A stretch of DNA of 64,000 bases from Deltaproteobacteria bacterium (GTDB taxonomy: Bacteria > Myxococcota_A > UBA9160 > PR03). The position numbers were made by a program, and so were the translations under genes. This document shows, piece after piece, positions 30,042 through 45,596 of this stretch (its first letter is position 1; each line of letters opens with the position of its first letter). Location of the stretch: the NCBI GenBank assembly GCA_035063765.1, contig JAPSFT010000011.1, forward strand, positions 64,854-128,853, in the 5' to 3' direction. Below the pieces are notes generated by a model. It was not told where the DNA came from. It was given only the letters and a program-made list of their open reading frames with translations, and did not search any database.

Positions 30042-31121
30042 ATGTCCGAGCTGCTCCGCCGCATCGAAGAGACCGAGGCCCGCGCCCGCGCGCTCGAGGA
30101 GCAGCTTGCCGACCCGGCCGTGGCCGGCCGCTCGGGCGAGTACCAGACGCTCGCGAAGGAGCTCGGGCGGCTGCGCCCGCTGCTCGAGGCGGGGGCGCGC
30201 CACCGCAGGCTCGCGGCCGACCTGGCGGGCGCCCGGGCGCTGCTCGAGGAGGAGGACGAGGAGCTGCGCCAGGAGGCGCGCGACGAGATCGCGCGCGCCG
30301 AGCCCGAGCTGGCCGCCGTCGAGCGGCGGATCCGGCTGCTCCTGGTCCCGCCCGACCCGAACGACGAGCGCAACGTGATCCTCGAGATCCGCTCCGGGGC
30401 GGGCGGCGAGGAGGCCTCGCTCTTCGCGGGCGAGCTCTACCGCATGTACTGTCGCTACGCCGAACGGCGGGGCTGGAAGGTGGAGCCGCTCTCGTTCTCC
30501 GCGAGCAGCACCGGGGGCGTCAAGGAGGTGATCGCGACCATCGCGGGCGCCGGCGTGTGGAGCCGCCTCAAGCACGAGCGCGGCGTGCACCGCGTGCAGC
30601 GCGTGCCGGTGACGGAGGCGGCGGGCCGCATCCACACCTCGACGGTGACGGTCGCGGTGCTCCCCGAGGCGGAGGAGGTCGAGATCCAGATCGACGCGAA
30701 GGACCTGCGCATCGACGTGATGCGCGCCGGCGGCCCCGGCGGCCAGAGCGTCAACACGACCGACTCCGCGGTGCGCATCACGCACCTGCCGAGCGGCCTC
30801 GTCGTGCACTGCCAGGACGAGAAGTCGCAGCTCAAGAACCGCGCCCGCGCGATGAAGATCCTGCGCGCCCGCCTGCTCGAGCAGGAGCAGGCGCGCGCCG
30901 ACGCCGAGCGCGCCGCCGACCGCCGCTCGCAGGTCGGCACCGGCGAGCGCAGCGAGCGGATCCGCACCTACAACTTTCCGCAGGCGCGCGTCACCGATCA
31001 CCGCGCGGGCGTGACGCTCCACAAGCTGCCGGCCGTGATCGAGGGCGAGCTCGACGAGCTGCTCGACGCGGTGGCGCTGAACCTCGCCGAGGGCGTGCGC
31101 GGCAGCGCGGAGGACGCATGA
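30042..31121 (+). CDS. prfA: Peptide chain release factor 1
   Basis: In frame 29946..31121 I start at ATG 30042 ([15 protein letters not shown]...). It has GGQ ([23 protein letters not shown]) and the RF1-type PxT tripeptide ([15 protein letters not shown]). Confidence 0.95.
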   Translation: MSELLRRIEETEARARALEEQLADPAVAGRSGEYQTLAKELGRLRPLLEAGARHRRLAADLAGARALLEEEDEELRQEARDEIARAEPELAAVERRIRLLLVPPDPNDERNVILEIRSGAGGEEASLFAGELYRMYCRYAERRGWKVEPLSFSASSTGGVKEVIATIAGAGVWSRLKHERGVHRVQRVPVTEAAGRIHTSTVTVAVLPEAEEVEIQIDAKDLRIDVMRAGGPGGQSVNTTDSAVRITHLPSGLVVHCQDEKSQLKNRARAMKILRARLLEQEQARADAERAADRRSQVGTGERSERIRTYNFPQARVTDHRAGVTLHKLPAVIEGELDELLDAVALNLAEGVRGSAEDA

Positions 31122-32083
31122 GCCACGAGCAGCGCGCCTCCGTGCCGGAGACGCCGGCCGCCGCGGCGAGCGAGCGCGCGGCGGCCGCGCGCCGCGAGCC
31201 GGCCGGCCGCCCGCCGGTCTGGACCGTGCTCGAGCTCCTGCGCTGGACCGCGCAGCACTTCGCCGAGCGCGGGATCGACACCGCCCGCCTCGACGCCGAG
31301 CTCCTCCTCGCCGACGTGCTCGGCTGCGACCGCCTGCGCCTCTACGTCGACCACGACAAGCCGGTCGCCGAGGACGAGCGCGCGCGCTTCCGCGAGCTCG
31401 TGCGCGCGCGCGCGGGCGAGCGCGTCCCGGTCTCGATCCTGCTCGGGCGCCGCGAGTTCTGGTCGCTGCCGCTCGCCGTGACGCGCGACGTCCTGACCCC
31501 GCGCCCGGAGACCGAGACGCTGGTCGCGGCCGCGCTCGACGCGCTTCCCGACCGCGAGGCGGAGTGGCGGGTGCTCGACGTCGGCACCGGCTCGGGGGCG
31601 ATCGCGCTCGCGATCGCGCACGAGCGGCCGAAGGCGCGGGTGACGGCCACCGACGTCTCGCCGGCGGCGCTCGCGGTGGCGCGCGGCAACGCCGAGGCGC
31701 TCGGGCTCGGCCTGCGCGTGCGCTTCCTGGAGGGAGCGCTCTTCGCGCCGGTGGCCGCCGAGCTGGCGGCCGGCGCGCGCTTCGACGCCGTCGTCTCGAA
31801 CCCGCCCTACGTGGCGCGCCGCGACGCGGAGAGCCTGCCGCCCGAGCTGCGCCACGAGCCCGCGCTCGCCCTCTTCGGCGGCGAGGACGGGAGCGAGCTC
31901 CTGCGCGCGCTCGCGGCGGAGGTGGCCGGCGCGCTCGCGCCGGGCGGCTTCGCGGCCTTCGAGCTCGATCCGCGCCAGGCGGAGGCGATGGCGGCGTGGC
32001 TCGCCGCGGGCGGCCTCGCCGGGGCGACGGTCCACCGCGACGCGGCCGGCCGGCCGCGCGTGGTGTCGGCCCGCAAGGCCTAG
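31118..32083 (+). CDS. prmC: Release-factor glutamine N5-methyltransferase
   Basis: The ATG at 31118 overlaps the prfA stop (ATGA). It has the SAM motif [14 protein letters not shown] and the catalytic VSNPPYV. Confidence 0.9.
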   Translation: MSHEQRASVPETPAAAASERAAAARREPAGRPPVWTVLELLRWTAQHFAERGIDTARLDAELLLADVLGCDRLRLYVDHDKPVAEDERARFRELVRARAGERVPVSILLGRREFWSLPLAVTRDVLTPRPETETLVAAALDALPDREAEWRVLDVGTGSGAIALAIAHERPKARVTATDVSPAALAVARGNAEALGLGLRVRFLEGALFAPVAAELAAGARFDAVVSNPPYVARRDAESLPPELRHEPALALFGGEDGSELLRALAAEVAGALAPGGFAAFELDPRQAEAMAAWLAAGGLAGATVHRDAAGRPRVVSARKA

Positions 32084-32091
32084 GGGGAGGC

Positions 32092-33354
<1,263 letters not shown>

Positions 33355-33356
33355 GC

Positions 33357-34736
33357 ATGGCGGCGAGGACCCGATCGGGGGGCAAGGCGGCGCTGCGCGC
33401 GCTCGCGAGCGGCGAGGCCGGCTTCGCGCGCGCCTTCGACGAGCTGGTGCGCCGGCGCGAGGCCGGCCGCGAGGACGTCGAGAAGGCGGCGCGCCGGATC
33501 CTCGAGCGCGTGCGCGAGGGCGGCGACGACGAGCTCGTGGCCTGCGTGCGCAAGTTCGACGGCGCGAAGCTCGACGCCGTCGAGGTCACCAAGGCGGAGT
33601 GGGACGAGGCCGTGGCCCGCGTGGACCCCGCCGACCGCGCCGCGCTCGGCAAGGCCGCCATGCGCGTGCGCGAGTTCCACCGCAAGCGGGTGCCCTCGAG
33701 CTGGGAGATGCGCGAGGAGGGCGGCGCCTACATGGGCGTGCGCGTGCGCCCGCTCGCGCGCGTGGGCCTCTACGTGCCGGGCGGCAAGGCCTCGTATCCC
33801 TCGTCGGTGATCATGAACGCGGTGCCGGCCTCGGTGGTGGAGGTGCCCGAGATCTGTGTCGCCACCCCGCCGCGCCCCGACGGCAGCCTGCGTCCCGAGG
33901 TGCTGATGGCGGCGCGCCTGGCCGGCGTCCACCGCGTCTTCAAGATGGGCGGCGCGCACGCGGTGGCGGCCTTCGCCTACGGGACGGAGTCCGTGCCGCG
34001 CGTCGACAAGGTGGTCGGGCCCGGCAACCAGTGGGTGGCGGCGGCCAAGCGCCTCGTCTTCGGCGAGGTCGGGATCGACGCCGAGGCGGGGCCCACCGAG
34101 GTGGTGGTGGTGGCCGACCGCACGGCGACCGCCGCCTGGGTGGCGGCGGACCTGGTCTCCCAGGCCGAGCACGACGAGCAGGCCCAGGCGATCCTGATCA
34201 CGCCCGCGAAGGCGCTGGCGGCGAAGGTCCAGGAGCTCGTCGCGAAGCAGGCGGCGGAGCTCGCGCGCGCCGCCGTGATCCGCGAGTCGCTCGCGAAGCG
34301 CGGCGCCGTCGTCGTGACCCGGGACCTCGACGAGGCGATCGAGCTCGCCAACCGCTACGCCCCCGAGCACCTGGTGCTGGCGGTGGACAAGCCGGAGGTC
34401 GCGCTCAAGAAGGTGACCAACGCCGGCGCGGTCTTCCTCGGCCACTACACGCCGGTGGCGGCGGGCGACTACCTGGCCGGGCCGAACCACGTGCTGCCGA
34501 CCGGCGGCACCGCGCGCTTCTTCTCCCCGCTCGGCGTCGAGGACTTCCTGAAGCGCTCGAGCTTCGTGCGCTTCGAGCCGCCCAAGCTGCGCGAGCTCGG
34601 GCTCGACCTGATCCGGCTGGCGGAGCTCGAGGGGCTCCCGGGCCACGCGCGCTCGGTGGACCTGCGGCTGGCCAAGATCCGGCGCGAGCGGCGCGAGCGC
34701 GAAGCCGCCCGCGAGGCGGAGGGGGACATCCTGTGA
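33357..34736 (+). CDS. hisD: Histidinol dehydrogenase
   Basis: Starts at ATG 33357. Conserved blocks are GLYVPGGKASYPSSVIMNAVPA, GPGNQWVAAAKR, DLVSQAEHDE and GDYLAGPNHVLPTGGTARF. Confidence 0.95.
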   Translation: MAARTRSGGKAALRALASGEAGFARAFDELVRRREAGREDVEKAARRILERVREGGDDELVACVRKFDGAKLDAVEVTKAEWDEAVARVDPADRAALGKAAMRVREFHRKRVPSSWEMREEGGAYMGVRVRPLARVGLYVPGGKASYPSSVIMNAVPASVVEVPEICVATPPRPDGSLRPEVLMAARLAGVHRVFKMGGAHAVAAFAYGTESVPRVDKVVGPGNQWVAAAKRLVFGEVGIDAEAGPTEVVVVADRTATAAWVAADLVSQAEHDEQAQAILITPAKALAAKVQELVAKQAAELARAAVIRESLAKRGAVVVTRDLDEAIELANRYAPEHLVLAVDKPEVALKKVTNAGAVFLGHYTPVAAGDYLAGPNHVLPTGGTARFFSPLGVEDFLKRSSFVRFEPPKLRELGLDLIRLAELEGLPGHARSVDLRLAKIRRERREREAAREAEGDIL

Positions 34737-35326
34737 CGGACGAACGCAAGGCGACGCTCGCGCGCAAGACGCGCGAGACCGACATCCAGCTCGAGCTGAA
34801 CCTCGACGGCAGCGGCCAGTACGAGATCGCGACGGGCATCGCGTTCTTCGACCACATGCTCGAGTCCTTCGCGAAGCACGCCGCCTTCGACCTGCGCCTG
34901 CGCGCGAGCGGCGACCTGTCGGTGGACCTCCACCACACGGTCGAGGACGTCGGCATCGCGCTCGGCCAGGCGCTCCGCCAGGCGCTCGGCGACGCCGCCG
35001 GCATCCGCCGCTACGGCTTCTTCGTGCTGCCGATGGCGGAGGCGCGCGCCGACGTCGCCGTGGACGTCTCGAACCGCCCCTACCTGGTGTACCGGGTCGA
35101 GCTCGCCAACGACCGGGTCGGCGCCTTCGACGTGGCGCTCGTCGAGGACTTCGTGCAGGCGCTCGCGCAGAACGCCGGGCTCGACCTGCACGTGGAGCTC
35201 CGCTACGGGCGGAGCCCCCACCACGCGGTGGAGGCGATCTTCAAGGGCCTGGCCCGGGCGCTGCGCGCGGCCGTCGAGCGCGACCCGCGCACGGCGGGCG
35301 TGCCCTCGGTGAAGGGGGTCCTCTAG
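34733..35326 (+). CDS. hisB: Imidazoleglycerol-phosphate dehydratase
   Basis: The GTG at 34733 overlaps the hisD stop (GTGA). Conserved blocks are RKTRETDIQLELNLDG, GIAFFDHML, DLHHTVEDVGIALG and SPHHAVEAIFKGLARAL. Confidence 0.95.
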   Translation: MTDERKATLARKTRETDIQLELNLDGSGQYEIATGIAFFDHMLESFAKHAAFDLRLRASGDLSVDLHHTVEDVGIALGQALRQALGDAAGIRRYGFFVLPMAEARADVAVDVSNRPYLVYRVELANDRVGAFDVALVEDFVQALAQNAGLDLHVELRYGRSPHHAVEAIFKGLARALRAAVERDPRTAGVPSVKGVL

Positions 35327-35330
35327 CGCC

Positions 35331-35993
35331 GTGCCCGCCGCCGCCCCCCGGATCGCGCTGCTCGACTACGGCGCCGGCAACCTGCGCAGCGTCGCCAAGG
35401 CGCTCGAGCGCTCGGGCCTCGCCGCCGACGTGACCAGCGACGCCGCCGCCGTCGCGCGCGCCGACGGGCTCGTGCTGCCCGGGGTGGGCGCCTTCCGCGA
35501 CGCCCGCGCGCAGCTCGCCGCCAAGCACCTCGACGACGCCGTGCGCGCGGCGATCGGCGCCGGGCGGCCCTATCTCGGCCTGTGCCTGGGCCTCCAGTTC
35601 CTCTTCGAGGAGGCCGAGGAGCACGGCCGCACGCCGGGCCTGGGCCTCCTGCGCGGGCGCGTCGTGCGCTTTCCCGAGCGCGGCGCCAGCGGCGAGCGGC
35701 TGCTCGTCCCCCACATCGGCTGGAACGAGGTGCGCTGGGTCCGCCGCGGGCCTGCCGACCACCCGATGCTGGCGGCGCTTCCGCTCCGCGACCACTACTA
35801 CTTCGTGCACTCCTACCATGCGCTGCCCGCGGACGCGGACACGGTGGTGGGCTGGACCGACTACGGAAGCCCGTTCGCGGCGGCCGTGGCGAGCGAGAGG
35901 ATCTTCGCCGTGCAGTTCCATCCCGAGAAGAGCCAGGCCGCCGGGCGGCGCCTGCTCGACGCCTTCGCCCGCTGGGTGGAGGGCGCCCGATGA
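35331..35993 (+). CDS. hisH: Imidazole glycerol phosphate synthase, glutamine amidotransferase subunit
   Basis: 220-aa ORF with a GTG start. Conserved blocks are LLDYGAGNLRSVAKAL, LPGVGAF, GLCLGLQFLF (catalytic Cys) and FAVQFHPEKS. Confidence 0.9.
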   Translation: MPAAAPRIALLDYGAGNLRSVAKALERSGLAADVTSDAAAVARADGLVLPGVGAFRDARAQLAAKHLDDAVRAAIGAGRPYLGLCLGLQFLFEEAEEHGRTPGLGLLRGRVVRFPERGASGERLLVPHIGWNEVRWVRRGPADHPMLAALPLRDHYYFVHSYHALPADADTVVGWTDYGSPFAAAVASERIFAVQFHPEKSQAAGRRLLDAFARWVEGAR

Positions 35994-36640
35994 GCGCACT
36001 GCGACGCCTCGTCGTGTCGTCCGCCGCCGCGGCGGCCCTCGTCGCCTGCGCCGACGAGACCCGCTTCGTGCAGGTGCGCCAGGCGAGCAACGAGCCGATC
36101 CCGATCACCCGGCTCGCGGTGGCGCCCTTCCGCGCCGTCGAGCGGCCCGGCGGGCCCCGGCTCCCCGACGACGCCGCGCCGCTCGTCGGCGGCTACGTCG
36201 CGTCGGCCTTCGAGGGCCGCGGCGTGGACGTCGTGCCGCCCTCCGACGTGGCGAGCGCGCTCGCCCTCCCGATCGCGCCGGGCGAGGCGCCCGACGCCCG
36301 CGCGGTGGCGGCCGCGGCGCACGCGAAGTTCGGCGCCGACGCCGTGGCGCTCGGCAGCGTCCACCGCTTCCGCGACCGCTCGGGCGAGGCGATGGGCTCG
36401 ACCCACGCGGCCAGCGTCGGCTTCGAGGTGCGCATCGTCTCGGCGCCCGCCGGCCAGCTGCTCTGGGTGGGCGCCTTCGACCAGACCCAGGTGGCGCTCA
36501 CCGAGAACGTGCTGAAGGCGCCGCAGTACCCGGGCGGCGGCACGCGCTGGCTCAGCGCCGAGGAGTTCGCGCGCTGGGGCGCCGGGCTCGTCGTGAACCA
36601 GGTGCCGATCGCGAGCGCGCCGGTGGCGGCCTCGCCCTAG
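35990..36640 (+). CDS. Putative lipoprotein inserted between hisH and hisA
   Basis: The ATG at 35990 overlaps the hisH stop (ATGA), in frame with ORF 35582..36640. The lipobox is MSALRRLVVSSAAAAALVAC. The gene encodes 216 aa with no recognised enzymatic motif. Confidence 0.6.
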   Translation: MSALRRLVVSSAAAAALVACADETRFVQVRQASNEPIPITRLAVAPFRAVERPGGPRLPDDAAPLVGGYVASAFEGRGVDVVPPSDVASALALPIAPGEAPDARAVAAAAHAKFGADAVALGSVHRFRDRSGEAMGSTHAASVGFEVRIVSAPAGQLLWVGAFDQTQVALTENVLKAPQYPGGGTRWLSAEEFARWGAGLVVNQVPIASAPVAASP

Positions 36641-36653
36641 CGCCCGAGGAGCG

Positions 36654-37414
36654 ATGGCCCCCTTCGAGCTGATCCCCGCGATCGACCTCCTCGGCGGGCG
36701 CTGCGTGCGCCTCGCGCAGGGCGACTACGGGCGCGCGACGGTGTATGGCGACGACCCCGGCGCGGTGGCGGCCGGCTTCTGCGCGGCCGGCGCGCGCCGG
36801 GTCCACGTCGTCGACCTCGACGGCGCCCGCAGCGGGGAGCAGCACAACGGCGCCGCGCTGGCGGCGATCCTGCGCGCGGCGCGCGCGGCCGGCGTCCCGG
36901 TCCAGCTCGGCGGCGGCCTGCGCTCGCTCGCCGCGGTGGAGGCGGCGCTCGCCGCCGGCGTCGAGCGCGCGATCCTCGGCACCGCCGCGCTGCGCGACCC
37001 CGCGCTCGTGCGCGAGGCCGCCGCGCGCTTTCCGGGCCGCGTCGCCGTGGGGCTCGACGCGCGCGCGGGCCGCGTCGCGGTGGCGGGCTGGCTCGAGACC
37101 AGCGAGACCACCGCCCTCGAGGTGGGGCGCCTCTTCGAGGACGCGGGCGTCGCCGCGCTCGTCTACACCGACATCGCCCGCGACGGCATGGGCAGCGGCC
37201 CCGACCTCGACGGCGCCGCCGCGCTCGCCGCCGCCGTCGCGATCCCGGTGATCGCCTCGGGAGGCGTGGGCTCGCTCGCGCACGTGCGCGCCGCCGCGGC
37301 GCGCGCCCGGGACGGCGTCGCCGGCGTGATCGTCGGCCGCGCGCTCTACACCGGCGCGGTGGACCTGGCCGCCGCGCTCGCGCTCACCGGCGTGCACCCT
37401 CCGGACCCGCACCC

Positions 37415-37424
<10 letters not shown>
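36654..37424 (+). CDS. hisA: ProFAR isomerase (1-(5-phosphoribosyl)-5-[(5-phosphoribosylamino)methylideneamino]imidazole-4-carboxamide isomerase)
   Basis: 256-aa ORF with [41 protein letters not shown] and IASGGV. Confidence 0.9.
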
Positions 37425-38232
<808 letters not shown>

Positions 38233-38236
<4 letters not shown>

Positions 38237-39255
38237 CGGGGCGCGCTCGGTCGCGTCGCGCTCGGCGGCGTGTGCGCGGCTCGCTGGTGGCGGCGGGCGG
38301 CGAGCCCGAGCAGGGCGAGCACGGCGTGCAGGCGCATCCACACCGACCCCGGCTCCGGCGCCGCGTAGAGGACGTCGCGCCCGAGCCGATCGTCGGGCTG
38401 AAGCTCCTGGAACAGCAGGGCCAGGCAGTAGTCGGTGGTCGCGAACGGTCCGCCGCAGGGATCGTTCGACATGATCCCGCTCTGGAGGAAATTCGGGGAG
38501 TCGAGGATCCCGGCGAACGGGTCGAGCGGGTCGACGAGGGCACCGGTGTCGGGATCGAGGTCGGTGTCGAAGTTGCGGGCCTCGTTGGGATGCGCGAAGC
38601 CGAGCGTGTGACCGATCTCGTGCATCAGCAGGCGCGTCAGCGCCCAGGCGGCCACCTCGATGCTGATGCCGAGGTCGGCCTGGGTCTGGCGCAGCAGGGT
38701 GGCGTTGAGCGCCACCTCGCCGCCCGTGATGACAACCCCGTCCGCAAGCTGGCCGTTCGGCAGCAGGCGCGCGGGGAGGTACTGCTCGGAGACGTCTCCG
38801 AAGCCGAAGGTGGTGGGCGAGGACAGGAACGGATCCTCGCTCGCGGAGCGCGTGAACACGTCGATCTCGCCGCCGGCAGACGGGCCCGCGATCGTGCCGG
38901 GGGAATCGAAGGTGATCCGGAAGTGCAGGGCGGGGTTCTCCCAGGCCGCGAAGGCGATCCGGACGGCCTCCCGGGCCACCTCGACCTCGGACGGATCGGC
39001 GGCGCCCAGGTCCTCCTCGAAGTCCGGGTGCACGAACACCTCGATGCCATTCCGGAGGCTGCGGGCCACGCGCGCGTCGGCGCTCCAGCGGGGCGCTTCC
39101 CCGAGCACCTGCTCCACGGGCGTGCTCAGGTCCGACGGCGAGCCGGCGTTCAGGACCGCGAAGGCGCGGGCCGGATCGGGCGCCGCGACCAGGATCGCGG
39201 CGAGGCCCACAGGGGCGAGGGTCGAGGCGACCGCGCGTCGGTGGATGGAGGGCAC
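38233..39255 (-). CDS. Secreted zinc metalloprotease, metzincin (matrixin/M10-like) with PEP-CTERM-like tail
   Basis: 340-aa ORF. It has a signal-like N-terminus ([19 protein letters not shown]), the zinc site [17 protein letters not shown] (HExxHxxGxxH), and a C-terminus ...[29 protein letters not shown].... Confidence 0.75.
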
Positions 39256-39510
39256 CCGCCTCCTCCTTCAGCGTCGCGCAGCACCATATCAGAGGGCGGT
39301 GAGCCCCCGGCAGGGCTCCCGCGGACGGGCTAGCCCGCCCCGGGGCGCTTCGTTACGGTCCCCCTTCGCGCCGGAAGGCCTGGGCGGGCGGGGCCCGGCC
39401 GGCGTCTCCTGCGCACGTCGGATCCCTTGCGGGCGTCCTCCGCCAGCCCCCGGGCTGACACGCCGCCCGCGGCCCGCGCCACTCACCCCCTACGGAGACG
39501 GAGAGCCTTC

Positions 39511-39708
39511 TTGCCGGTCGTCAAGGTCAAGGAGAACGAGTCCTTCGAGGCGGCCATGCGCCGCTTCAAGAAGCAGGTCGAGAAGGCCGGCATCCTGACG
39601 GAGCTGCGCCGCCGCGAGGCCTACGACAAGCCGAGCGTGCGCAAGAAGAAGAAGGCGGCCGCGGCGCGCAAGCGCGCCCTCAAGAAGCTCCGCAAGATGG
39701 TGCGCTAG
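39511..39708 (+). CDS. rpsU: 30S ribosomal protein S21
   Basis: TTG start at 39511, preceded by GGAGACGGAGAG. The product is [47 protein letters not shown]. Confidence 0.9.
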   Translation: MPVVKVKENESFEAAMRRFKKQVEKAGILTELRRREAYDKPSVRKKKKAAAARKRALKKLRKMVR

Positions 39709-39750
39709 CGCGCACCCGGGCCGCGCCGGCCGGGCGGCGACGGAGGCGGC

Positions 39751-41562
39751 GTGGGACGGATCCCCGAGGAGACGATCGAAGCGATCCGCAATCGCGTCGA
39801 CATCGTCGATCTCGTGGGCCGCTCCGTGTCGCTGCGCCAGGCCGGCCGCAGCTTCAAGGGCCTGTGCCCCTTCCATCACGAGAAGACCCCCTCCTTCCAC
39901 GTCAACCCGCAGCTCGGGATCTTCCACTGCTTCGGCTGCAACGCGGGCGGGAACGCGTTCGCGTTCCTGATGCGCCACGACAACCTGACCTTCCCGGAGG
40001 CCGTGCGCGCGCTCGGGCGCGAGTGCGGGATCGAGGTGCCCGAGGAGCACGCCGGCGCCGAGCAGGGGGTGGGGCGCCGCCTGCGCGAGGCCTGCGCCGT
40101 GGCCGAGCGCTTCTACCGCGCGTCGTTGCAGAGCGCCGAGGGGGCCGCCGCGCGCGCCTACCTCGCCGGGCGCGGCTTCGACGCCGAGGCCTGCGCGCGC
40201 TTCGCGATCGGCTTCGCGCCCGACCGCTGGGAGGCGCTCGTGCGGGCGCTCGCGGCCGCCCGCGTCCCCGTCGCCGCGGCGCTCCAGGCGGGCCTCGTCG
40301 GCGAGGGCCAGCGCGGGCACTACGACCGCCTGCGCGGGCGCGTCGTCTTCCCGATCCGCGACGTGCGCGGCGACCCGGTCGCCTTCGGCGGCCGCGCGCT
40401 GCCCGACGCCCAGGGCCGCGCGCCGGACCCGAAGTACCTGAACACGCCCGAGAGCCCGCTCTTCAGCAAGCGCGAGGCCTTCTACGGCATGCCCGACGCG
40501 CTCGAGGCGATCCGCCGCGCGGGCCGCGCCGTCGTCGTCGAGGGCTACTTCGACCGCATCGCGCTCGCGCGCGCCGGCCTGGAGGAGGCGCTCGCCACCT
40601 GCGGCACCGCCCTCACCGAGGACCACGCGCGCCAGCTCCGCCGCCGCACGCAAGAGGTCGTGCTGCTCTTCGACGGCGACGCCGCGGGCCAGCGCGCCGT
40701 CGAGCGCTCGCTCGCACTCCTCCTGCCCGAGGGCCTGCGCGTGCGCGCGGCCGAGCTGCCGGCGGGCGACGACCCCGACACCTATCTCGAGCGCCACGGC
40801 GCCGAGGCCCTGCGCGAGCTCGTCGGCCGCGCGGCGCCGGCGCTCGACGGCGTGATCCGGCGCGCCGTCGAGCGCGGCTGCGCGACCCCCTGGGAGAAGG
40901 CCGACGCCGTGGCCGCCGTGGTGCCGCTCCTCGCGCTCGTCCCGGACCCGGTCGAGCGCGGCGAGACCGCGCGCCAGCTCTCCTTCGCGGCCGGCGTGCC
41001 GGCCGCCGAGGTCGAGGCCGCGCTACGCCGCGCGCGCCCCGGGCGCACGGGGTCCGACGACCCGGATGCCATCTCGGAGCGGACCCGATCCGGGCCGCGT
41101 GTCGAGAGCACCGAGGCGCGCTGGGCGCGCAGCCTGGCCGGGTACCTGGTCCACTTCCCGGCGCTCGCGGGCACGATCGACCCCGACGAGCTCGCGAGCC
41201 TCGTCCCCGCACCCTGGGACCGCGTGCTCCCGGCGCTCGCCGACACGCTCGCCGATCACGCCGGCGCCGACGTCGCGGCGCTCGCCGAGACGCTCGGCGG
41301 CGAGGCCGCCGCGGCGCTGCGCGCGGTGGCCGTCGAGGCGCTCCCTGCCGAGAGCCCGGAGTCGGCGGGATCGGGGATGAGCGATACGCTCCAGAGACTC
41401 CGCCAGCGTCGCCTCGCCGAGCAGGAGCGCGAGCTCACCCGGCGACTCCGGCAGGCGACCTCCCTGGCCGAGCAAGAGACCATCCTCGCGGAGAAGCAGC
41501 GAATCCAGGAGTTGAAGCGCCGCACGCAGGACCCCCGCCCCCCGCGTGCCCTGAGAGCCTGA
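39751..41562 (+). CDS. dnaG: DNA primase
   Basis: 603-aa ORF. It has the CHC2 zinc finger ([27 protein letters not shown]), the RNA polymerase core, and Toprim ([17 protein letters not shown]). Confidence 0.95.
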   Translation: MGRIPEETIEAIRNRVDIVDLVGRSVSLRQAGRSFKGLCPFHHEKTPSFHVNPQLGIFHCFGCNAGGNAFAFLMRHDNLTFPEAVRALGRECGIEVPEEHAGAEQGVGRRLREACAVAERFYRASLQSAEGAAARAYLAGRGFDAEACARFAIGFAPDRWEALVRALAAARVPVAAALQAGLVGEGQRGHYDRLRGRVVFPIRDVRGDPVAFGGRALPDAQGRAPDPKYLNTPESPLFSKREAFYGMPDALEAIRRAGRAVVVEGYFDRIALARAGLEEALATCGTALTEDHARQLRRRTQEVVLLFDGDAAGQRAVERSLALLLPEGLRVRAAELPAGDDPDTYLERHGAEALRELVGRAAPALDGVIRRAVERGCATPWEKADAVAAVVPLLALVPDPVERGETARQLSFAAGVPAAEVEAALRRARPGRTGSDDPDAISERTRSGPRVESTEARWARSLAGYLVHFPALAGTIDPDELASLVPAPWDRVLPALADTLADHAGADVAALAETLGGEAAAALRAVAVEALPAESPESAGSGMSDTLQRLRQRRLAEQERELTRRLRQATSLAEQETILAEKQRIQELKRRTQDPRPPRALRA

Positions 41563-41584
41563 TGCGCCAACGAGGAGCCCTCCG

Positions 41585-43489
<1,905 letters not shown>

Positions 43490-43531
43490 CGGAGCGCGGC
43501 CGCGCCGGAGCCGGCGGCGCCGCGCGCCGCG

Positions 43532-44875
43532 CTACTCGAGGTCGGGCGGGGTGACGCGGGCGATCCAGGTCGGGTAGTCGGCCGGGTAGCCGACGGCCTC
43601 CTGGCGCGCGCGCACGCGGGCCTCGAGCGCGGCCGCGGCAGCGGCGTCGTGCGGCGGCAGCGCCGCGACGGCGTCGGCCACGCTCCCCGCGAGCTCGCGG
43701 GCGCCGGCGCGCAGCGCGTCGTGCACGTGCCGGGCCACGTGGGTCGCGTGCTTGCGCGAGGCCACGATGTTGCCCTTGCCGGTGACGACGTTGCCTGCCG
43801 AGAAGACCGTCGGGTGGGCGGCGAAGCGGCCGAGGCTCGCGTCGTCGAAGGCGAAGAGCTCGCCCCGGGTGGGGATCCCCGGGATCGGCTCGGGGATGCT
43901 CCCGATCGACGAGATCACGTAGGCGCCGCGGCGCTCGAAGGTCTCGCCCGTCGCGACGAGCCGGCCGTCCGCGAGCTTCGTGCGCCGGAAGCGCAGGCCG
44001 ACCAGGCGCCCGTCCTCGACCACGAGGCCGTCGGGCGCCGCGAGCGGCTCGACCCGGAAGCGGTACTTCTCGATCGCCTTCTCGAGGAGCTTGCGGCGCG
44101 CGCCCCCGACCTTCGCGGCGCGATCGGGGGTCGCGTCCTCGGGCATCTCGACGAGCGGCATGTCCTCGAGGCGGCGGCGGTAGAAGAGCGTGCAGCCGGC
44201 GAGGCCCAGCTCCTCCCAGGCGAGGCCGTGGCGCTCGAGCACCTTCGGGATGCCCTTCACCTCGAGCTCGAGGAGCGAGGCCTCGATGCCGCGCTCGCGG
44301 AGCTTCGCGCGCGTGGTCTCGAGCATCAGCACCTTGGCGACGTCGATCGAGGCGAGCCCGCCGCCCACCACCAGCACGTCGTCGGCCGGCTCGAAGACGG
44401 GCCCCTGCCAGTCCTTCTCGCCCGCGTGGTTGAACCAGATGACGAAGGGGTTCTGGTAGACGAGGCCGCGGCCCACGTACGTCTCGGCGCCCTCGATCGG
44501 GAGCGGCCGGTCGCGCCAGGCGCCGTTCGCGAGCACCACCGCGTGGAAGCCCCACTCGCGGGTCAGCGCCTCGAAGGCGACGTCGCGCCCCACGCCCGTG
44601 TCGGGCACGAAGGCGACGCCCGGATGCGCGAGCTTGGCGTCGATCGTCCGGTACTCCTTCCTGCGCAGCTCGGTGTGCCAGCGCGGGAGCCCGTCCTCGA
44701 TCTTTCCGTAGGGCCTGCGGTTCTGCTCGAAGACGACGACGCGCGCGCCCGCCTCGGCCAGCCGCCCCGCGACCTCGGCGCCGGCCGTCGCCGCGCCGAT
44801 CACCGCGATCGCGCGGCCGGCCAGGGGCGCTTCGGAGGAGGCGGGGGCGGCGGGCATGGCGGCGGAGATTGGCAC
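43532..44875 (-). CDS. FAD/NAD(P)-dependent oxidoreductase (glutamate synthase small-subunit/adrenodoxin reductase-like)
   Basis: 447-aa ORF with two dinucleotide-binding motifs ([21 protein letters not shown]; [16 protein letters not shown]). The function cannot be resolved from the sequence. Confidence 0.6.
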   Translation of the reverse strand: MPISAAMPAAPASSEAPLAGRAIAVIGAATAGAEVAGRLAEAGARVVVFEQNRRPYGKIEDGLPRWHTELRRKEYRTIDAKLAHPGVAFVPDTGVGRDVAFEALTREWGFHAVVLANGAWRDRPLPIEGAETYVGRGLVYQNPFVIWFNHAGEKDWQGPVFEPADDVLVVGGGLASIDVAKVLMLETTRAKLRERGIEASLLELEVKGIPKVLERHGLAWEELGLAGCTLFYRRRLEDMPLVEMPEDATPDRAAKVGGARRKLLEKAIEKYRFRVEPLAAPDGLVVEDGRLVGLRFRRTKLADGRLVATGETFERRGAYVISSIGSIPEPIPGIPTRGELFAFDDASLGRFAAHPTVFSAGNVVTGKGNIVASRKHATHVARHVHDALRAGARELAGSVADAVAALPPHDAAAAAALEARVRARQEAVGYPADYPTWIARVTPPDLE

Positions 44876-44975
44876 TCGCCGCCCGGGCCATCAACCGCGC
44901 GCGGCGGGGCGCGCGCGGCGCGGCGGAGCGCGTGGGAGCGCGGCCGGCGAGGCGCGGCGCGGCGCGCGCGCGGCG

Positions 44976-45527
44976 CTAGCCGGGCAGCGCCGCCCGCACG
45001 AGGAGCAGCCAGACGACGCAGCCGATCGCGAGCTTCGCGATCGTGCCCCCGAGCTTGCCCACCGCGGCGCCGAAGGCGGCGCGCAGGTTGCGCTCGCGGG
45101 TGTGCGCCTCGGGCCCCGTCGCCTCGCCCACGAACGCGCCGAGGAAGGCGCCGATCATCGCACCGGCGAGCGTCCCCAGGACCGGGATCGGCAGGACCGG
45201 TGTCAGCACGATCGCGCCCACGATGCCGCCCAGGAAGGCCCCCACCATCCCGCGCCGGGTGCCCCCGCCGAGCTTCGTGCCGGCGGCGCCCGCCAGCGCC
45301 TCGATCCCCTCGCCGAGGAGCGCGAGCCCCGCGCAGGCCGCGAGGAGCCCCCAGCCGAAGGTCACGACCTCGCCCGCACCCGGCGCGAGCGGCGCGTCGG
45401 CGAGCTCGAGCCCGAGGGCGATCCCGAGCAGCAGCCAGACGCCCGGGAGGCCCAGCACCACGAGCAGCAGGCAGCCGAGCCCGAGGAGCGCGAAGAGGGC
45501 CGCGAGGCCCCAGCCGAGCCAGTCCAT
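44976..45527 (-). CDS. DUF456 family membrane protein
   Basis: 183-aa ORF. It is Gly/Ala/Leu-rich with four or so TM helices (LGLPGVWLLLGIALG...). The architecture is typical of DUF456. Confidence 0.7.
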   Translation of the reverse strand: MDWLGWGLAALFALLGLGCLLLVVLGLPGVWLLLGIALGLELADAPLAPGAGEVVTFGWGLLAACAGLALLGEGIEALAGAAGTKLGGGTRRGMVGAFLGGIVGAIVLTPVLPIPVLGTLAGAMIGAFLGAFVGEATGPEAHTRERNLRAAFGAAVGKLGGTIAKLAIGCVVWLLLVRAALPG

Positions 45528-45596
45528 GGCCGCGAGGGTGGTACGGACCGGCGCCCGGCGCTACTCCGCACGGGCGCGCGAACCCGGGAGGACGGC

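Noticed and set aside
43490-43531. Possible bidirectional terminator between the convergent rpoD and oxidoreductase genes
   Set aside because: The GC-rich imperfect inverted repeat (gcgcggccgcgcc...ggcggcgccgcgc) has several mismatches and no U-tract. I cannot support a terminator call without folding energies.
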